A stretch of DNA of 64,000 nt from an uncultured Lactobacillales bacterium (GCA_964369365.1 CAYJES010000007.1:799-64798), one strand, 5' to 3'; numbered from the stretch's first letter, positions 47,124-61,130 are shown. Notes: a model not told the origin generated them from the letters alone. A program made the numbers and translations.

Positions 47124-47543
47124 TTATTCCTCGGTTTCTATCTTAATAGGTGTCATTTTAACCTCGGGTTTGATTCTTTCAAGATTTATTTTAAGTAATC
47201 CACAACTTAATTTTGCGTTAATAAGTTCCATGCCGTCAGCAAGTAAAAATACTTTTTGAAATTGTCTGGTTGCAATTCCTTTATGAAGGAAAATAGAATC
47301 CGTTTTTTCTTTATTTTCAATTTTGCCCTTTATAACAAGTTGATTGTTTTCAATATAGGCATTAATGTCATCTTCGCAAAAACCTGCGACCGCTATTGTT
47401 ATTACTAAATTTGACTCCCCAATTTGTTCAATGTTATATGGGGGATAATTATCATCAGATGATTTTGATAATTCTTCAAACATCGAATCCAATTGATCAA
47501 ACCCTAGCATAAATGGTCGATTAAATAATGTAAGACGTGACAT
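47124..47543 (-). CDS. Hsp20/alpha-crystallin family small heat-shock protein
   Basis: PPYNIEQIGE...ITIAVAGF...VKGK alpha-crystallin domain. Confidence 0.8.
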   Translation of the reverse strand: MSRLTLFNRPFMLGFDQLDSMFEELSKSSDDNYPPYNIEQIGESNLVITIAVAGFCEDDINAYIENNQLVIKGKIENKEKTDSIFLHKGIATRQFQKVFLLADGMELINAKLSCGLLKINLERIKPEVKMTPIKIETEE

Positions 47544-47596
47544 GTTCCTGTCTCCTTTTTTATTTTAATTATAATAAAGAGATAGGTATGAAAATA

Positions 47597-49246
47597 CTAT
47601 TTGTCAATCTTGCTATCAAAAAATTTGTTAAGAGTAAATACTCGATTAAAACCAGCAGTTTTGTTTTTTGAATCTTTTACTGCTTTATCTTCTCTTATTG
47701 TTCGTTCTGACTTTTCGATAGATAAAGAAGTTTTCATTTCTGATCTAATAGTGCTATCATTTTCTTTAGGTGTAACAAATTCATAGTTTTTATTCATTAA
47801 TGATTTAATTGTTGCCATTAATTGTTTTGGGTAATCAACAGGATATTTTATGAAATCTTTGAACGGAATCATATTAACAAGTTTTGATACGTTAATGTTT
47901 TTTAATTTTCCTTTGATAGATTCTGGCATTTCTTTTATCAATTCCGGAACTTTCTTTGTGCTATCTTTTTGGGCTTCAAAATCTTGAATCCCATCGATTA
48001 ATAATAATCCTTTTAAAATAGCCATCCTGTCTAAATCCCCAGTTTCTATAATTCCTTTGAATGCATTATGCAAATCAGGGTGGCTGTCATCTCTTGCATG
48101 GAATGTAGACGCAAAAGCGATATCATATAACTCTTTATCTGTTTTGTTGCAAATGCCAGCTTTATTCATTTCTTCAATTGCACCTTTGAAATCTTCCATT
48201 TGGGTAAGGCCTTTTAAAGAATATAAATGCCCTTGTTTTGCAGCATCAACCAACGCCATAGCATGCCCATGTGCAATAGCCATAATATTCAATTGAAAAT
48301 CATTTATAAAGTTTTCGTCCTCGTTTAATGAAGATGTTTTTTGGTTAAATAAAAAGTTTTTAGCATGGATTTGAGAAATTACAGTAAAATCTACGTATCT
48401 TTGATCATCAACATAAGTCATGCCGTAGTCTGTTTTTGTTGCATCAACATTAATAACAGCATCATTTGTAGGGACATATGCACTAAGATAATTGCTATCT
48501 GTTTCTTCTTCTATAATATTTATAACAGGCACGCCATGTTTATATAAATTACGAAGCGCTTCATCATGTTCAGGATTGTTTCTTATTCTGTTTAAAGATT
48601 GTTCAAATAATCCTTTGTCACCACCCATAAAATCTTTAATAATGTCGTTTTTAAGCCCAGTAATAGCAGGAATAGGCATGTCTGGGGAAAGGGTTTCAAT
48701 AGCTACTTTTGCTGGTAATTCAATGTTTATGTTGTCGTGAAGCGCAGAAAAACTTCCTGAAAGAGCCCCTACAAGTAAAAAACCACCAACCAAACCAAGC
48801 ATTTTTTTCTTATGCTTTTGCATAAAGCTTTCATCTAATCCTTTTGCTTTTGCTCCAGATGTTAAAACTTTGCCTTTTAATGTGGTTGCAAGAACATCTA
48901 TTACATTTTCTTTATCTGTAGATTGTGGTTCTATGCCTTTATTTGTATATTTGCCTTTATATAAATCAATAATGTTAATAGCATCAGGGTGTTTTGATGG
49001 TGATAAGAATTTTTTATCACCTTTTACTCTGTCATGATTTAGAATTTTAGATAATGCTTCTGATAAAGCTGGGGTTGTTTTTTTATAGTTTAAAGCAAAT
49101 ATAACCAAAGCAGATTTGTGTCTTTTTGATGCATAAATGTTTACAGATGCATCATCAATTCCCTTTAATACTCCGTCTAAATTACCATTTTCGCAAGCTG
49201 TAAAAAAGTTTTCAGTTGTGTGATCTGAATAGTTGTGAGCGCTCAT
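47597..49246 (-). CDS. Large orphan protein with a central TM helix (hypothetical; candidate secreted or effector-like)
   Basis: Start placed at MSAHNYS (49246), which has an aggaga RBS. The ORF track extends to 49294. Possible single ankyrin-like N-terminal unit. TM helix MLGLVGGFLLVGALSGSFSAL. Lys-rich C-terminus. Confidence 0.45.
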   Translation of the reverse strand: MSAHNYSDHTTENFFTACENGNLDGVLKGIDDASVNIYASKRHKSALVIFALNYKKTTPALSEALSKILNHDRVKGDKKFLSPSKHPDAINIIDLYKGKYTNKGIEPQSTDKENVIDVLATTLKGKVLTSGAKAKGLDESFMQKHKKKMLGLVGGFLLVGALSGSFSALHDNINIELPAKVAIETLSPDMPIPAITGLKNDIIKDFMGGDKGLFEQSLNRIRNNPEHDEALRNLYKHGVPVINIIEEETDSNYLSAYVPTNDAVINVDATKTDYGMTYVDDQRYVDFTVISQIHAKNFLFNQKTSSLNEDENFINDFQLNIMAIAHGHAMALVDAAKQGHLYSLKGLTQMEDFKGAIEEMNKAGICNKTDKELYDIAFASTFHARDDSHPDLHNAFKGIIETGDLDRMAILKGLLLIDGIQDFEAQKDSTKKVPELIKEMPESIKGKLKNINVSKLVNMIPFKDFIKYPVDYPKQLMATIKSLMNKNYEFVTPKENDSTIRSEMKTSLSIEKSERTIREDKAVKDSKNKTAGFNRVFTLNKFFDSKIDK

Positions 49247-49328
49247 AAAAATATCTCCTGATATATATAATTTTTTATAGTTGTATTCTAACAAAAATTA
49301 TCACTTTTGTCAACTTATTTGTTGTTTT

Positions 49329-52956
<3,628 letters not shown>

Positions 52957-52957
52957 A

Positions 52958-53719
52958 TTATAACCCTAGACCTTTTGCCTTTATCATATCATAAGCCATT
53001 TTATACCATTGGCTGTTTGAAAAATTGTGTCCTAAAACAGCTGCGGTTTTAAGGGCATCGTCATGCATTTTTAAAGCAATGTAGATTTCAACTAAACGAT
53101 ATAAAGCTTCTGGTGTGTGTGAAGAAGTTTGATAGGTGTCTACAACAACATTAAAACGGTTCATTGCACCAATATATTCGTTACGGTTTAAATAATATCT
53201 GCCTACATTCATTTCTTTGCCAGCAAGATGATCTTGGGTTAAATCATATTTTAACTTTGCATCATTTGCATAAAGAGAAGTAGGGAATCGCATATAAACT
53301 TCTTTCAAAGCTTCTCTTGCGTTTGTGGTTGCGTTTTGGTCGCGTTCAATGTCCGATATTTGTTCGTAATAACATAAAGCTTTTAAATAATATGCGTATG
53401 GCACTTCGCTGCTGCCTGGGTGAAGTTCTAAAAATCTATCCAAAGCAAGAATTGCATCATCATATTCTTGATCTTGATACGATGCTTCACCAGCTAAAAG
53501 TTGAGCTTTATTAGCGTATTCAGAATATGGATATAGTCTTTCGACTTCATCAAATAGTTTAGCTGCCGTTTTATATTGTCTGGCCTCTAATGCATTTTCT
53601 GCTTTTGTAAATAATTCTCTTGCCGGAGCATCTTTATTATTAACCAACTCGTCTTTAGGGGAAGAAGAGCATGAGATTAAAAATACAGAAAAAAAGCCAA
53701 TAAGTAATAATTTTAACAT
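52958..53719 (-). CDS. bamD: Outer membrane protein assembly factor BamD
   Basis: Lipoprotein signal (ISCS) plus TPR repeats. Conserved position upstream of recN. Confidence 0.8.
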   Translation of the reverse strand: MLKLLLIGFFSVFLISCSSSPKDELVNNKDAPARELFTKAENALEARQYKTAAKLFDEVERLYPYSEYANKAQLLAGEASYQDQEYDDAILALDRFLELHPGSSEVPYAYYLKALCYYEQISDIERDQNATTNAREALKEVYMRFPTSLYANDAKLKYDLTQDHLAGKEMNVGRYYLNRNEYIGAMNRFNVVVDTYQTSSHTPEALYRLVEIYIALKMHDDALKTAAVLGHNFSNSQWYKMAYDMIKAKGLGL

Positions 53720-53776
53720 AATAATACCTGTCCTAATAAATTTTTAACAATAAAAGATAATAGCACAAAATATTTT

Positions 53777-54742
53777 TTATTCACATAAAACTTTTGCTTC
53801 TTGGTAATTTTTTCCTAAAACCATTTCGTTCATGTCAATGATTTCATAGTTTTCAGGGTTAGAAAAAAGTTCTTTTAATGCGAGGTTGCTAAGCATATGA
53901 CCTGATTTATGACCTTTATACTTTCCAATTAAAGTATATCCTGCAGAATACAAATCGCCAATAGCATCAGTGATTTTATGTTTTATAAATTCATCTTCGT
54001 AACGAAGGCCTTCTTTATTTAAAATTTCCATACCGTCGATAACAATACCAGTTTTAAGGCTGCCGCCTTTTATAAGTCCGTTTTGGCGTAAATATTCAAC
54101 TTCTTGTAATAAGCAAAAAGTGCGGGCTTGGCAAATTTCAGTTTTAAAAGATTTTAAATCAAGTTGATATGATAGTTTTTTATCTGCTGCTATTGTATTT
54201 GGATAATCTAGATAAAAATCAAACTCTAATCCAGATTTAGCAGGTTCGAGAGTTACATAAGTGTCATTATGTTCCACTTTTATAGGTTTTAATATTTTTA
54301 CAGCTTTTCTTGGGGCGTTTTGTTCTTTTATTCCTGCGCATTCTATTAAAAATAAAAATGGAGAAGCACTACCATCTAATATAGGAAGTTCAGGACCAGA
54401 CACCTCTACAATGGCATTAGTTATACCCATAGCATGAAAAGATGCCATTAAATGTTCAATAGTTGAAACAGTAACGCCTTCTTCGTTCGAAAGACAAGTG
54501 CACATTCTTGTGTCTGAAACATTTGAATATAAAGCTTGAACAACATTATCTTTATTTAAAACATCTGATCTAATAAAACGAATCCCAGTATCGACATTAG
54601 CTGGTTTCAAAGTTAAAGAAATTCGAGCCCCAGAATGAAGCCCCACCCCAGTACAAGCAACAGTATCAGCTAAAGTTTTTTGTGCATATACAAAAGTACT
54701 AGAATTACCATTAGATTCCATAAAATTATCGTTCCTAAACAT
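53777..54742 (-). CDS. lpxC: UDP-3-O-acyl-N-acetylglucosamine deacetylase
   Basis: TGVGLHSG...ISLTLKPA N-terminus. Conserved HKxxD and SGH motifs. The true start may be the internal Met 7 codons downstream. Confidence 0.9.
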   Translation of the reverse strand: MFRNDNFMESNGNSSTFVYAQKTLADTVACTGVGLHSGARISLTLKPANVDTGIRFIRSDVLNKDNVVQALYSNVSDTRMCTCLSNEEGVTVSTIEHLMASFHAMGITNAIVEVSGPELPILDGSASPFLFLIECAGIKEQNAPRKAVKILKPIKVEHNDTYVTLEPAKSGLEFDFYLDYPNTIAADKKLSYQLDLKSFKTEICQARTFCLLQEVEYLRQNGLIKGGSLKTGIVIDGMEILNKEGLRYEDEFIKHKITDAIGDLYSAGYTLIGKYKGHKSGHMLSNLALKELFSNPENYEIIDMNEMVLGKNYQEAKVLCE

Positions 54743-54899
54743 GCTATTATCCTATATTTCATTTCTGTAATTGGTTAATACTATACCAGAATGTTATTAT
54801 TTGCGAATCAATCATTGTTTCGGTTTGTTACAAAAAATATTAGTTAAAATTTAATTGTTTTACCTGTAAACTGAATAAATAATATGGAGGACTAAAATT

Positions 54900-56936
54900 A
54901 TGGTAAAAATTTTTACAAGTGGTGAAACAATATCAAATTCTTCTCATGAACAATATGAAAGTATTCAATGTGGGATTTTTATAGGTGCTGAAAGTTTATT
55001 ACAAGCATATATAAGGCAAATTGATCCAAAAGAGTTTCTTAAAATATGTGAAAGAAATTTTGCAGGCAAATCAATAAATGAAATCCCAAGCATGGATGCT
55101 TTGATGTATATTTCGTCTCTTATTGACAATAAAAAGGATTTTTTGGCAGAAAAAATGCTGTCTGAATATATTAAAACTTATGATACAAGGGATATTTTCA
55201 GATTTTATAAAGTAACAAAACTTGCAAGCCAAAAAGGTATTTTAGATGATAATATCGAAAAAGCTTTATATGTTTATGGCGAACTTAAAAATGCAAGAAA
55301 TGAAGGCCTGCTTGCAAAAATGCTTGAAGGCAAAAAAATAGCAATAGTAGGTAGCGCCCCATCTGAAATTGGGAAAGGTCATGGTGAAGAAATAGATAGT
55401 TATGACCATTGTATTAGGTTTAATAATTTTAAAATTTTACCCGAGCACGAGGTCGATTATGGTTCGAAAATTGACATATGGGCCAGAAATACGGTAAATG
55501 AAGATGTTGTTGATAGAAAAGATGAAGACTTTTCAATAATAATATTACAATCTGATTTTGAATTTGGGCCTGTAATGTATGACCATATGGATATTATGTA
55601 TCGTGATTTAAAGCAAGGTAAAAAATACTATTCTATTGAAATGGCGACAATAAAAGAATTAAAAATAGCTTCTAGAGTATATCCTATTTCTGCTGGATTT
55701 ACTGTGTTTGGAGAGATATTAAGAATTAAAAAAGGTGATACTTCATCATTTGGATTGTTTGGTTTTGCTCTTGATGATGAGGCAGCAAGTAAATTTGGAG
55801 ACCATTATTTTGAAGTAAGAAATGAAGATGAAATAAAAAATGATTTAATAGGATGTTTTTTCACTGAAGAAGCTGGATTTATGGCTTACGCACTTAAAAA
55901 ATCACAAGAATTAAGTCGTATATGGGAAAGAAGAAATGCTGTTATTGTAAATAATCCAAAACAAAAAGGAGCTGGAGATGGGGTTATAGCAATATGTGAA
56001 GCGTTAAGACGACATATCCCAGATTTAGAATATAACTTTGTTGAGACAGCTGATGAAGTAACAGAAAAGCCATATATAGTTTGGAGTGTTGGTCCTGATA
56101 CTACTGATATTGCAATGGAAATCATAAAAAAACACAATCCTGATTTTGTGTTTGGTATGAAAGACCCATATGATGATGCTGATGTTGAAGAATATGTATT
56201 ATATAGTAAAATTATAGATACAATGGGAACTTTACAAACAGCTAAAGTAAATGTAGCACGTCCTGATTTAGTTTACTTTCCAGATTTTCCTCCATTTTCT
56301 ATGACTAAATATGGGCTTGGGCAATTTAAGTATGCTCCTGTCTTAGATATTTTTAATCCTGATTTATTGATTTCAATTGGTGGAGCTGATCCTTATACAA
56401 ACCGTGATGTAGTAGAAGGAGATATTGATAATTTATTAAAATTAGCTCAAAATTTTAAAGAAAATATCGGTGGAAAAGTTGCATTTTTAACTAGTAATAG
56501 AACAAATGATAAGGTGATAGAATATCTTAAATCTAAAAAAGATAAACAAGACGCTTTGTCTGATTTTAAAAGTGCAACGCTATATTATGATGATAAAGAA
56601 TTTAAAGATTTAAAAAGTGTTTATCAAGCATTTATAATAAACAGTAATTATTTTGTTCAAACAGATGATAGTTTATCAATGATGGCAGAATTAACGGTGA
56701 GAGAGGGTAAATTAGTAATATATCAAACATTAGGAACTGACAGCTCAACTCAACGTAGAATTAATGTTGCAAATTCTGTTGTTGAATCTGGAAATGCTAT
56801 AATTGTAGATGAAAATATTATAAATTCAGATGATAAAAATGAAATATTCAAAAAAGTAGAAAATTCAAAATCGTTAGAAGGAGTGATAGATAGAAAAATA
56901 GCAAGGATGTTGTACGATATAACAAAAATTAAATAA
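54900..56936 (+). CDS. Two-domain putative glycosyltransferase: Cst-II/GT42-like N-terminal module (paralog of 6206..7321) fused to an ELM1/DUF1022-like GT-B-like C-terminal module
   Basis: The N-terminal 370 aa align with the 6206 ORF (KKIAIVGSAPSEIGKGHGEEIDSYDHCIRFNNF...VDYGSKIDIWARNT). The C-terminal part (ISIGGADPYTNRD...KVAFLTSNRTNDK...QTDDSLSMMAELTVREGKLVIYQ) resembles ELM1-family proteins. Confidence 0.35.
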   Translation: MVKIFTSGETISNSSHEQYESIQCGIFIGAESLLQAYIRQIDPKEFLKICERNFAGKSINEIPSMDALMYISSLIDNKKDFLAEKMLSEYIKTYDTRDIFRFYKVTKLASQKGILDDNIEKALYVYGELKNARNEGLLAKMLEGKKIAIVGSAPSEIGKGHGEEIDSYDHCIRFNNFKILPEHEVDYGSKIDIWARNTVNEDVVDRKDEDFSIIILQSDFEFGPVMYDHMDIMYRDLKQGKKYYSIEMATIKELKIASRVYPISAGFTVFGEILRIKKGDTSSFGLFGFALDDEAASKFGDHYFEVRNEDEIKNDLIGCFFTEEAGFMAYALKKSQELSRIWERRNAVIVNNPKQKGAGDGVIAICEALRRHIPDLEYNFVETADEVTEKPYIVWSVGPDTTDIAMEIIKKHNPDFVFGMKDPYDDADVEEYVLYSKIIDTMGTLQTAKVNVARPDLVYFPDFPPFSMTKYGLGQFKYAPVLDIFNPDLLISIGGADPYTNRDVVEGDIDNLLKLAQNFKENIGGKVAFLTSNRTNDKVIEYLKSKKDKQDALSDFKSATLYYDDKEFKDLKSVYQAFIINSNYFVQTDDSLSMMAELTVREGKLVIYQTLGTDSSTQRRINVANSVVESGNAIIVDENIINSDDKNEIFKKVENSKSLEGVIDRKIARMLYDITKIK

Positions 56937-56943
56937 AAAAATA

Positions 56944-56978
56944 AAGAGCAGACTTTTTTTTAAGTCTGCTCTTTTTCT
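56944..56978. terminator. Bidirectional intrinsic terminator
   Basis: Perfect 11-bp stem aagagcagact / agtctgctctt with a T-rich loop and flanking A- and T-runs. Confidence 0.65.
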
Positions 56979-56992
56979 TTATTGATTGCGTG

Positions 56993-57655
56993 TTATTCGA
57001 CGCTGCTTTTTTCAAGGGCATCAATAATAATATCTGCACAAATATTAAAGTCGTCAATTTTTTCAGTATTAATAACTAAGTCAAAGTTTGTAGGATCATT
57101 AAGTCTGGAACCAAACACATTCCATACGAATTTTCCACTGGCAGTTGTTTCTGTTTTGTAAATTTCAATTGCTTCATCCTTGTTACAATTTTCTTTATCC
57201 ATAATTCTTTTTATACAAGTTTCAATAGGGGCAATAATCCTTACTCTTATATCTGCTAAATCTTTTAATGCTACATGAGAACCCCTGCCGATTAATATAG
57301 AATCAGAAGAGCGAGCTAGTGCTTGGATAACATTTGTTAAATGCCTTCTTATTGTGTCGTGAGAAAGCTCTCCGCCTCCAAAAATGCGATATAACCAAAA
57401 ATCTTTCGAATCGCCTGTAACATCTGTGATAATCGAAAAAGCATCTTTGTCAGTGCCAGTAAATTCAGCAAGACTAGTTACGATAGAGCGTTCAAAAATT
57501 TTAAGATGAAGGCGTTCAGCTAAAATATCAGCAATTTCACTGCCGCCACTGCCCGGAACTTTGGAAATAGTAACAATTTTGCGTTTTTTAATTTCGTCGC
57601 CAACAGCTCCTTGAGCTCTTAAATCATCTATAAGTTTTTGAATATCTTTTTCCAT
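56993..57655 (-). CDS. Cytidylate kinase-like family protein (Cytidylate_kin2-type P-loop protein)
   Basis: IVTISKVPGSGGSEIADILAERL N-terminus. LIGRGSHVAL. C-terminal FDLVINT. Confidence 0.5.
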   Translation of the reverse strand: MEKDIQKLIDDLRAQGAVGDEIKKRKIVTISKVPGSGGSEIADILAERLHLKIFERSIVTSLAEFTGTDKDAFSIITDVTGDSKDFWLYRIFGGGELSHDTIRRHLTNVIQALARSSDSILIGRGSHVALKDLADIRVRIIAPIETCIKRIMDKENCNKDEAIEIYKTETTASGKFVWNVFGSRLNDPTNFDLVINTEKIDDFNICADIIIDALEKSSVE

Positions 57656-57705
57656 ATAATACTTCCTTTTTGTTTAATGGTTGCTATTTATTTTAAACAG
57701 TACCA

Positions 57706-59172
57706 TTATTGCATAAATTTATCAAGAATTAAAGTGTTAAGTAAATAAACGCCAAAACCGGTTGCGTTGTAAGGGTTCATAGGATTGGTTTTTGCTTCGC
57801 TGTAAGCAACCCCAGCAATATCAAGATGTGCCCATTTCGTATTTTCTTTGATAAATTTTTTAAGGAATGTTGCAGCTGTTATGCTGCCTGCATTTCCGGC
57901 TTTCCCCATATGTTTAAAGTCAGCAATTTCTGATTTAAGTTGATTTTCGTACGATTTGTTAAATGGGAATTGCCATACTTTTTCATTACATTTTATCCCA
58001 GCTTTATAAAGCCCGTCCGCTAACTTTTCATCATTTGAAAACATGCCTGCATATTCATTGCCAAGAGCTACGACGATAGCACCGGTTAAAGTAGCCATAT
58101 TAATAACAGCCTTAGGTTTAAATTCTTGGGCAAACCATAAAGCATCTGCCAGAACAAGCCTGCCTTCTGCATCTGTATTAATTACTTCTACTGTTTTTCC
58201 TGAATATGAAGTTATAACATCATCTGGACGGTATGCATTGCCTGCTATTGAATTTTCAACCATCGGTACTATACCTATTACGTTAACGGGCGCTTTTTGA
58301 ATAGCTAAGGCTTCGATTGCTCCGATTACGCCTGCTCCACCTGCCATGTCCTGTTTCATACTAAGCATTGAAGTGCCAGGTTTAATACATAATCCGCCGC
58401 TATCAAAGCACAATCCTTTTCCAACCAAAGCAATAGGAGCATCAGATTTATTCTTTGCTCCTTGATAATGAATTACTGCCATTTTAGGGCGATTTTCGGA
58501 TGCTTTACCTACTGTTAGAATTAGGTTCATTTTCTTTTGTTTCATTTTTGCTTCGTCAAAAATTTCAATTTTTACACCAAGCTTTTTCATAATATCTTGA
58601 GTGCGTTTTGCAAATTCAGCAGGAGTTAAAACATTTGGCGGTTCTGATACAAAATCACGAGCAGTATAGATGCCTTTTGCAATAGCATCTAATTTTTTAA
58701 AATCTTTTCTAGCGCTTGTTATATTGTTTGGAATGATAGTAATTTTTTTAAGTGTATCTTTTGGTTTTTCTGTTTTATATTTTTCAAATTTATAAGAACT
58801 GAGTAGCGCTCCAAATCCAAGATGAGCAGGGGATACAGTAATTTCATCGGCAATTATAGTTACTTCTGTTTCTTTTGTATTAAGTAAAGCTTTTACAATC
58901 ATTGCGCCCGTGCGCTCTAATGTTCTAGTGCTAACTGATTTTTTATCGCCAAGACCTACGCATATTAATCTTGACGCATCGATTCCAGCAGGAGAAAGTA
59001 TAGAAAAAATTTCGCCATTATTTCCTTCGAATTTAGAATTTTTAATGGCTTTTGTAATTGCTCCTTTAGTTTCCTTATCAAACTGTTTAGCTGATTTTGT
59101 TAATGCGTTTTTTGCAAATGAAAAAACTATGACGCTACCTTTTGTGTAATTTTGAGAAAATTCAATTTTCAT
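57706..59172 (-). CDS. pepA: Leucyl aminopeptidase (M17)
   Basis: NTDAEGRL signature. Conserved metal-binding Lys, Asp and Glu context. Confidence 0.9.
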   Translation of the reverse strand: MKIEFSQNYTKGSVIVFSFAKNALTKSAKQFDKETKGAITKAIKNSKFEGNNGEIFSILSPAGIDASRLICVGLGDKKSVSTRTLERTGAMIVKALLNTKETEVTIIADEITVSPAHLGFGALLSSYKFEKYKTEKPKDTLKKITIIPNNITSARKDFKKLDAIAKGIYTARDFVSEPPNVLTPAEFAKRTQDIMKKLGVKIEIFDEAKMKQKKMNLILTVGKASENRPKMAVIHYQGAKNKSDAPIALVGKGLCFDSGGLCIKPGTSMLSMKQDMAGGAGVIGAIEALAIQKAPVNVIGIVPMVENSIAGNAYRPDDVITSYSGKTVEVINTDAEGRLVLADALWFAQEFKPKAVINMATLTGAIVVALGNEYAGMFSNDEKLADGLYKAGIKCNEKVWQFPFNKSYENQLKSEIADFKHMGKAGNAGSITAATFLKKFIKENTKWAHLDIAGVAYSEAKTNPMNPYNATGFGVYLLNTLILDKFMQ

Positions 59173-59252
59173 GATGTTTTGCCTTTAACTAAAAATAAAT
59201 AATACTATATTACAATTTACAACGAATATATTTTTGTGCAAGGAATAAAATA

Positions 59253-60239
59253 ATGGAGACTAAGAAAAAAAAGGGCTTGCATTTTGCTTATCTTCTAAAT
59301 GGTGAAGGTGGCGGGTATGAACTTGATATAAAAGGCGTAAACGACTGGGATCCAGAAGACGGTGTCTTGTGGGCGCATTTTGATTTAAACGAAAGAAAGA
59401 CTCATGAATGGCTTGCTGATAAAAGCGGGCTTGATGAATTCGCAGTAGAAGCATTGATAGATGAAGAAAAGCCAAGGCCAAGATGCTTGCAAATTGGTGA
59501 TGGCTTAGTTATAATTTTTAGAGCAATCAATCACAATCCAGGCGCAGAAATTGACGATATGTTGGTGCTTAGGATGTGGGTTGATGAAGGCAGAATTATA
59601 ACGATAAGTAAATCAAAATTGCTTGCGACTAAATATATTCAAAGGAAAATAGCATCCGGAATAGGCCCAATTGATTCTGTATCGATGATAGATGAACTAG
59701 CAGAATGTATTATGGATAGGATGAGCGAGGCTGTATCTGATATTGATGAATTTTTGGAAAAAATCGAAGATAGCATCATAGCAGATGAAGAAGATGAAGA
59801 TATGATGGGTCAAGTATCAGAAGTGCGCCGTCAATTATCAACTATTAAAAGATATGTCTATCCACAAAGAGAAGCCATGGAAAATATTCCTAGAAAACTT
59901 GTGCCATGGATGGATAAAAACGATAGGAATAAACTGCGTGAATCTGCTTATCGCTTGACTAGAATTTTGGAAGATATTGAAAATTTACGAGAACGTGCTT
60001 CGATTAATATTGATGAGCTTAACGCGTCGATGAGTCAGGACGCACAACGCAATATGTATATGATTTCGGTGCTGGCTGCGTTTTTCTTGCCACTTACTTT
60101 TATAACTGGTTTGTTGGGGATTAACGTAGGCGGAATTCCTTTTGCTGGGCATGAATATGGCTTTGTCGCGGTTTGTGGAATTATTGCGTTGCTTTCGTTC
60201 ATTCTTATAACCATATTTAAAAAACTTAAATGGTTGTAA
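59253..60239 (+). CDS. CorA-family divalent cation transporter, ZntB-like
   Basis: Cytoplasmic N-domain plus two C-terminal TM helices. GINVGGIPF motif matches the ZntB-type GxN variant. Confidence 0.75.
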   Translation: METKKKKGLHFAYLLNGEGGGYELDIKGVNDWDPEDGVLWAHFDLNERKTHEWLADKSGLDEFAVEALIDEEKPRPRCLQIGDGLVIIFRAINHNPGAEIDDMLVLRMWVDEGRIITISKSKLLATKYIQRKIASGIGPIDSVSMIDELAECIMDRMSEAVSDIDEFLEKIEDSIIADEEDEDMMGQVSEVRRQLSTIKRYVYPQREAMENIPRKLVPWMDKNDRNKLRESAYRLTRILEDIENLRERASINIDELNASMSQDAQRNMYMISVLAAFFLPLTFITGLLGINVGGIPFAGHEYGFVAVCGIIALLSFILITIFKKLKWL

Positions 60240-60298
60240 TGAATTTATGTATAATTTTTTTATTGAATCCTTTTGAAAATTATGTTAAATTGTTTTTT

Positions 60299-60982
60299 AT
60301 GAAAAAAGGAATGAAACAGAATTTATTTTATATAAAAACCAGCATGTTTGCTATGGTTTCTGCTGTTCTTGTACTTGTACTCCTCGCTGCGTAGGCAGCA
60401 TATATAATATACCCCAAAACTATATAACTAATGATGAAAAACCCTAATAATAAATTAAGGAATAACGAAATGAATATAAATATAAAAGAAATGACAAATT
60501 TAATAGTAGACGCAGCAAAAAAAGGCGCAATAGTTGAACCAATCGCACATATAACGAAAGAAATTGCAAAAAAAATAACTAAACGTGCCACTAAACAAAT
60601 TTCTGAGATACAACACAATTGCCCAGAACGTAAAGCATTAATATTTTCTAATTATAAAAAAATAATTCAAGGATTGGCATATGAAGAATCAAGTAATAGG
60701 GCTGTTCATGAATTGCCAAGAAAAGATAAATTAAGGATTGTTGCACATGAATATATTGCAGCAGCTGTGAAAGTGGTTGATGAAAATGATTATAAATTCA
60801 AAAAAGTCAACGGTGAAAAGGTATTGATATTAAAACCTAATAAGGAGCAATATAAAGGGGCTATTAACTTTAATGAATTTTCACAAACAGAAATAAGAGA
60901 AGAAATCCAAAAATTTACATCTCCTGCTTCTAATAGAGTTTACTGGGTTGTGATGAGCGGACTTTTTGGTCATCAAAGATAG
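60299..60982 (+). pseudogene. Probable nonsense-disrupted secreted-protein gene. A signal-peptide mini-ORF lies in frame with the 183-aa ORF at 60431..60982.
   Basis: From the ATG at 60299 the frame reads MKKGMKQNLFYIKTSMFAMVSAVLVLVLLAA, then TAG, then AAYIIYPKTI, then TAA, then L-MMKNPNN..., which is the ORF-track 183-aa protein. All are in the same frame. The 183-aa body could also be expressed on its own from the ATG at 60431. Confidence 0.35.
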
Positions 60983-61130
60983 TATTTTAGTGTTGTTGCT
61001 TGGCTCACATCTACATAGCTGGTAACTAATTAATAGTTTAATTCTAAACCCCTAGGTTGTGAGCTTATGCATATCCTTGTTTTTTTATTTTCATTAATTA
61101 CTTTTAAACTGAAAGTATTGCATTATATGG

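Noticed and set aside
60328-60618. 96-aa hydrophobic minus-strand ORF
   Set aside because: It overlaps the more protein-like + strand ORF. Its Ile/Phe-rich translation is typical of antisense reading of Lys-rich AT-rich coding DNA.
60995-61070. Long-range inverted repeat ggctcaca ... tgtgagct upstream of the SSR
   Set aside because: Only 8 bp of pairing across a loop of about 50 nt. It may be a terminator for the upstream gene but is too weak to call.
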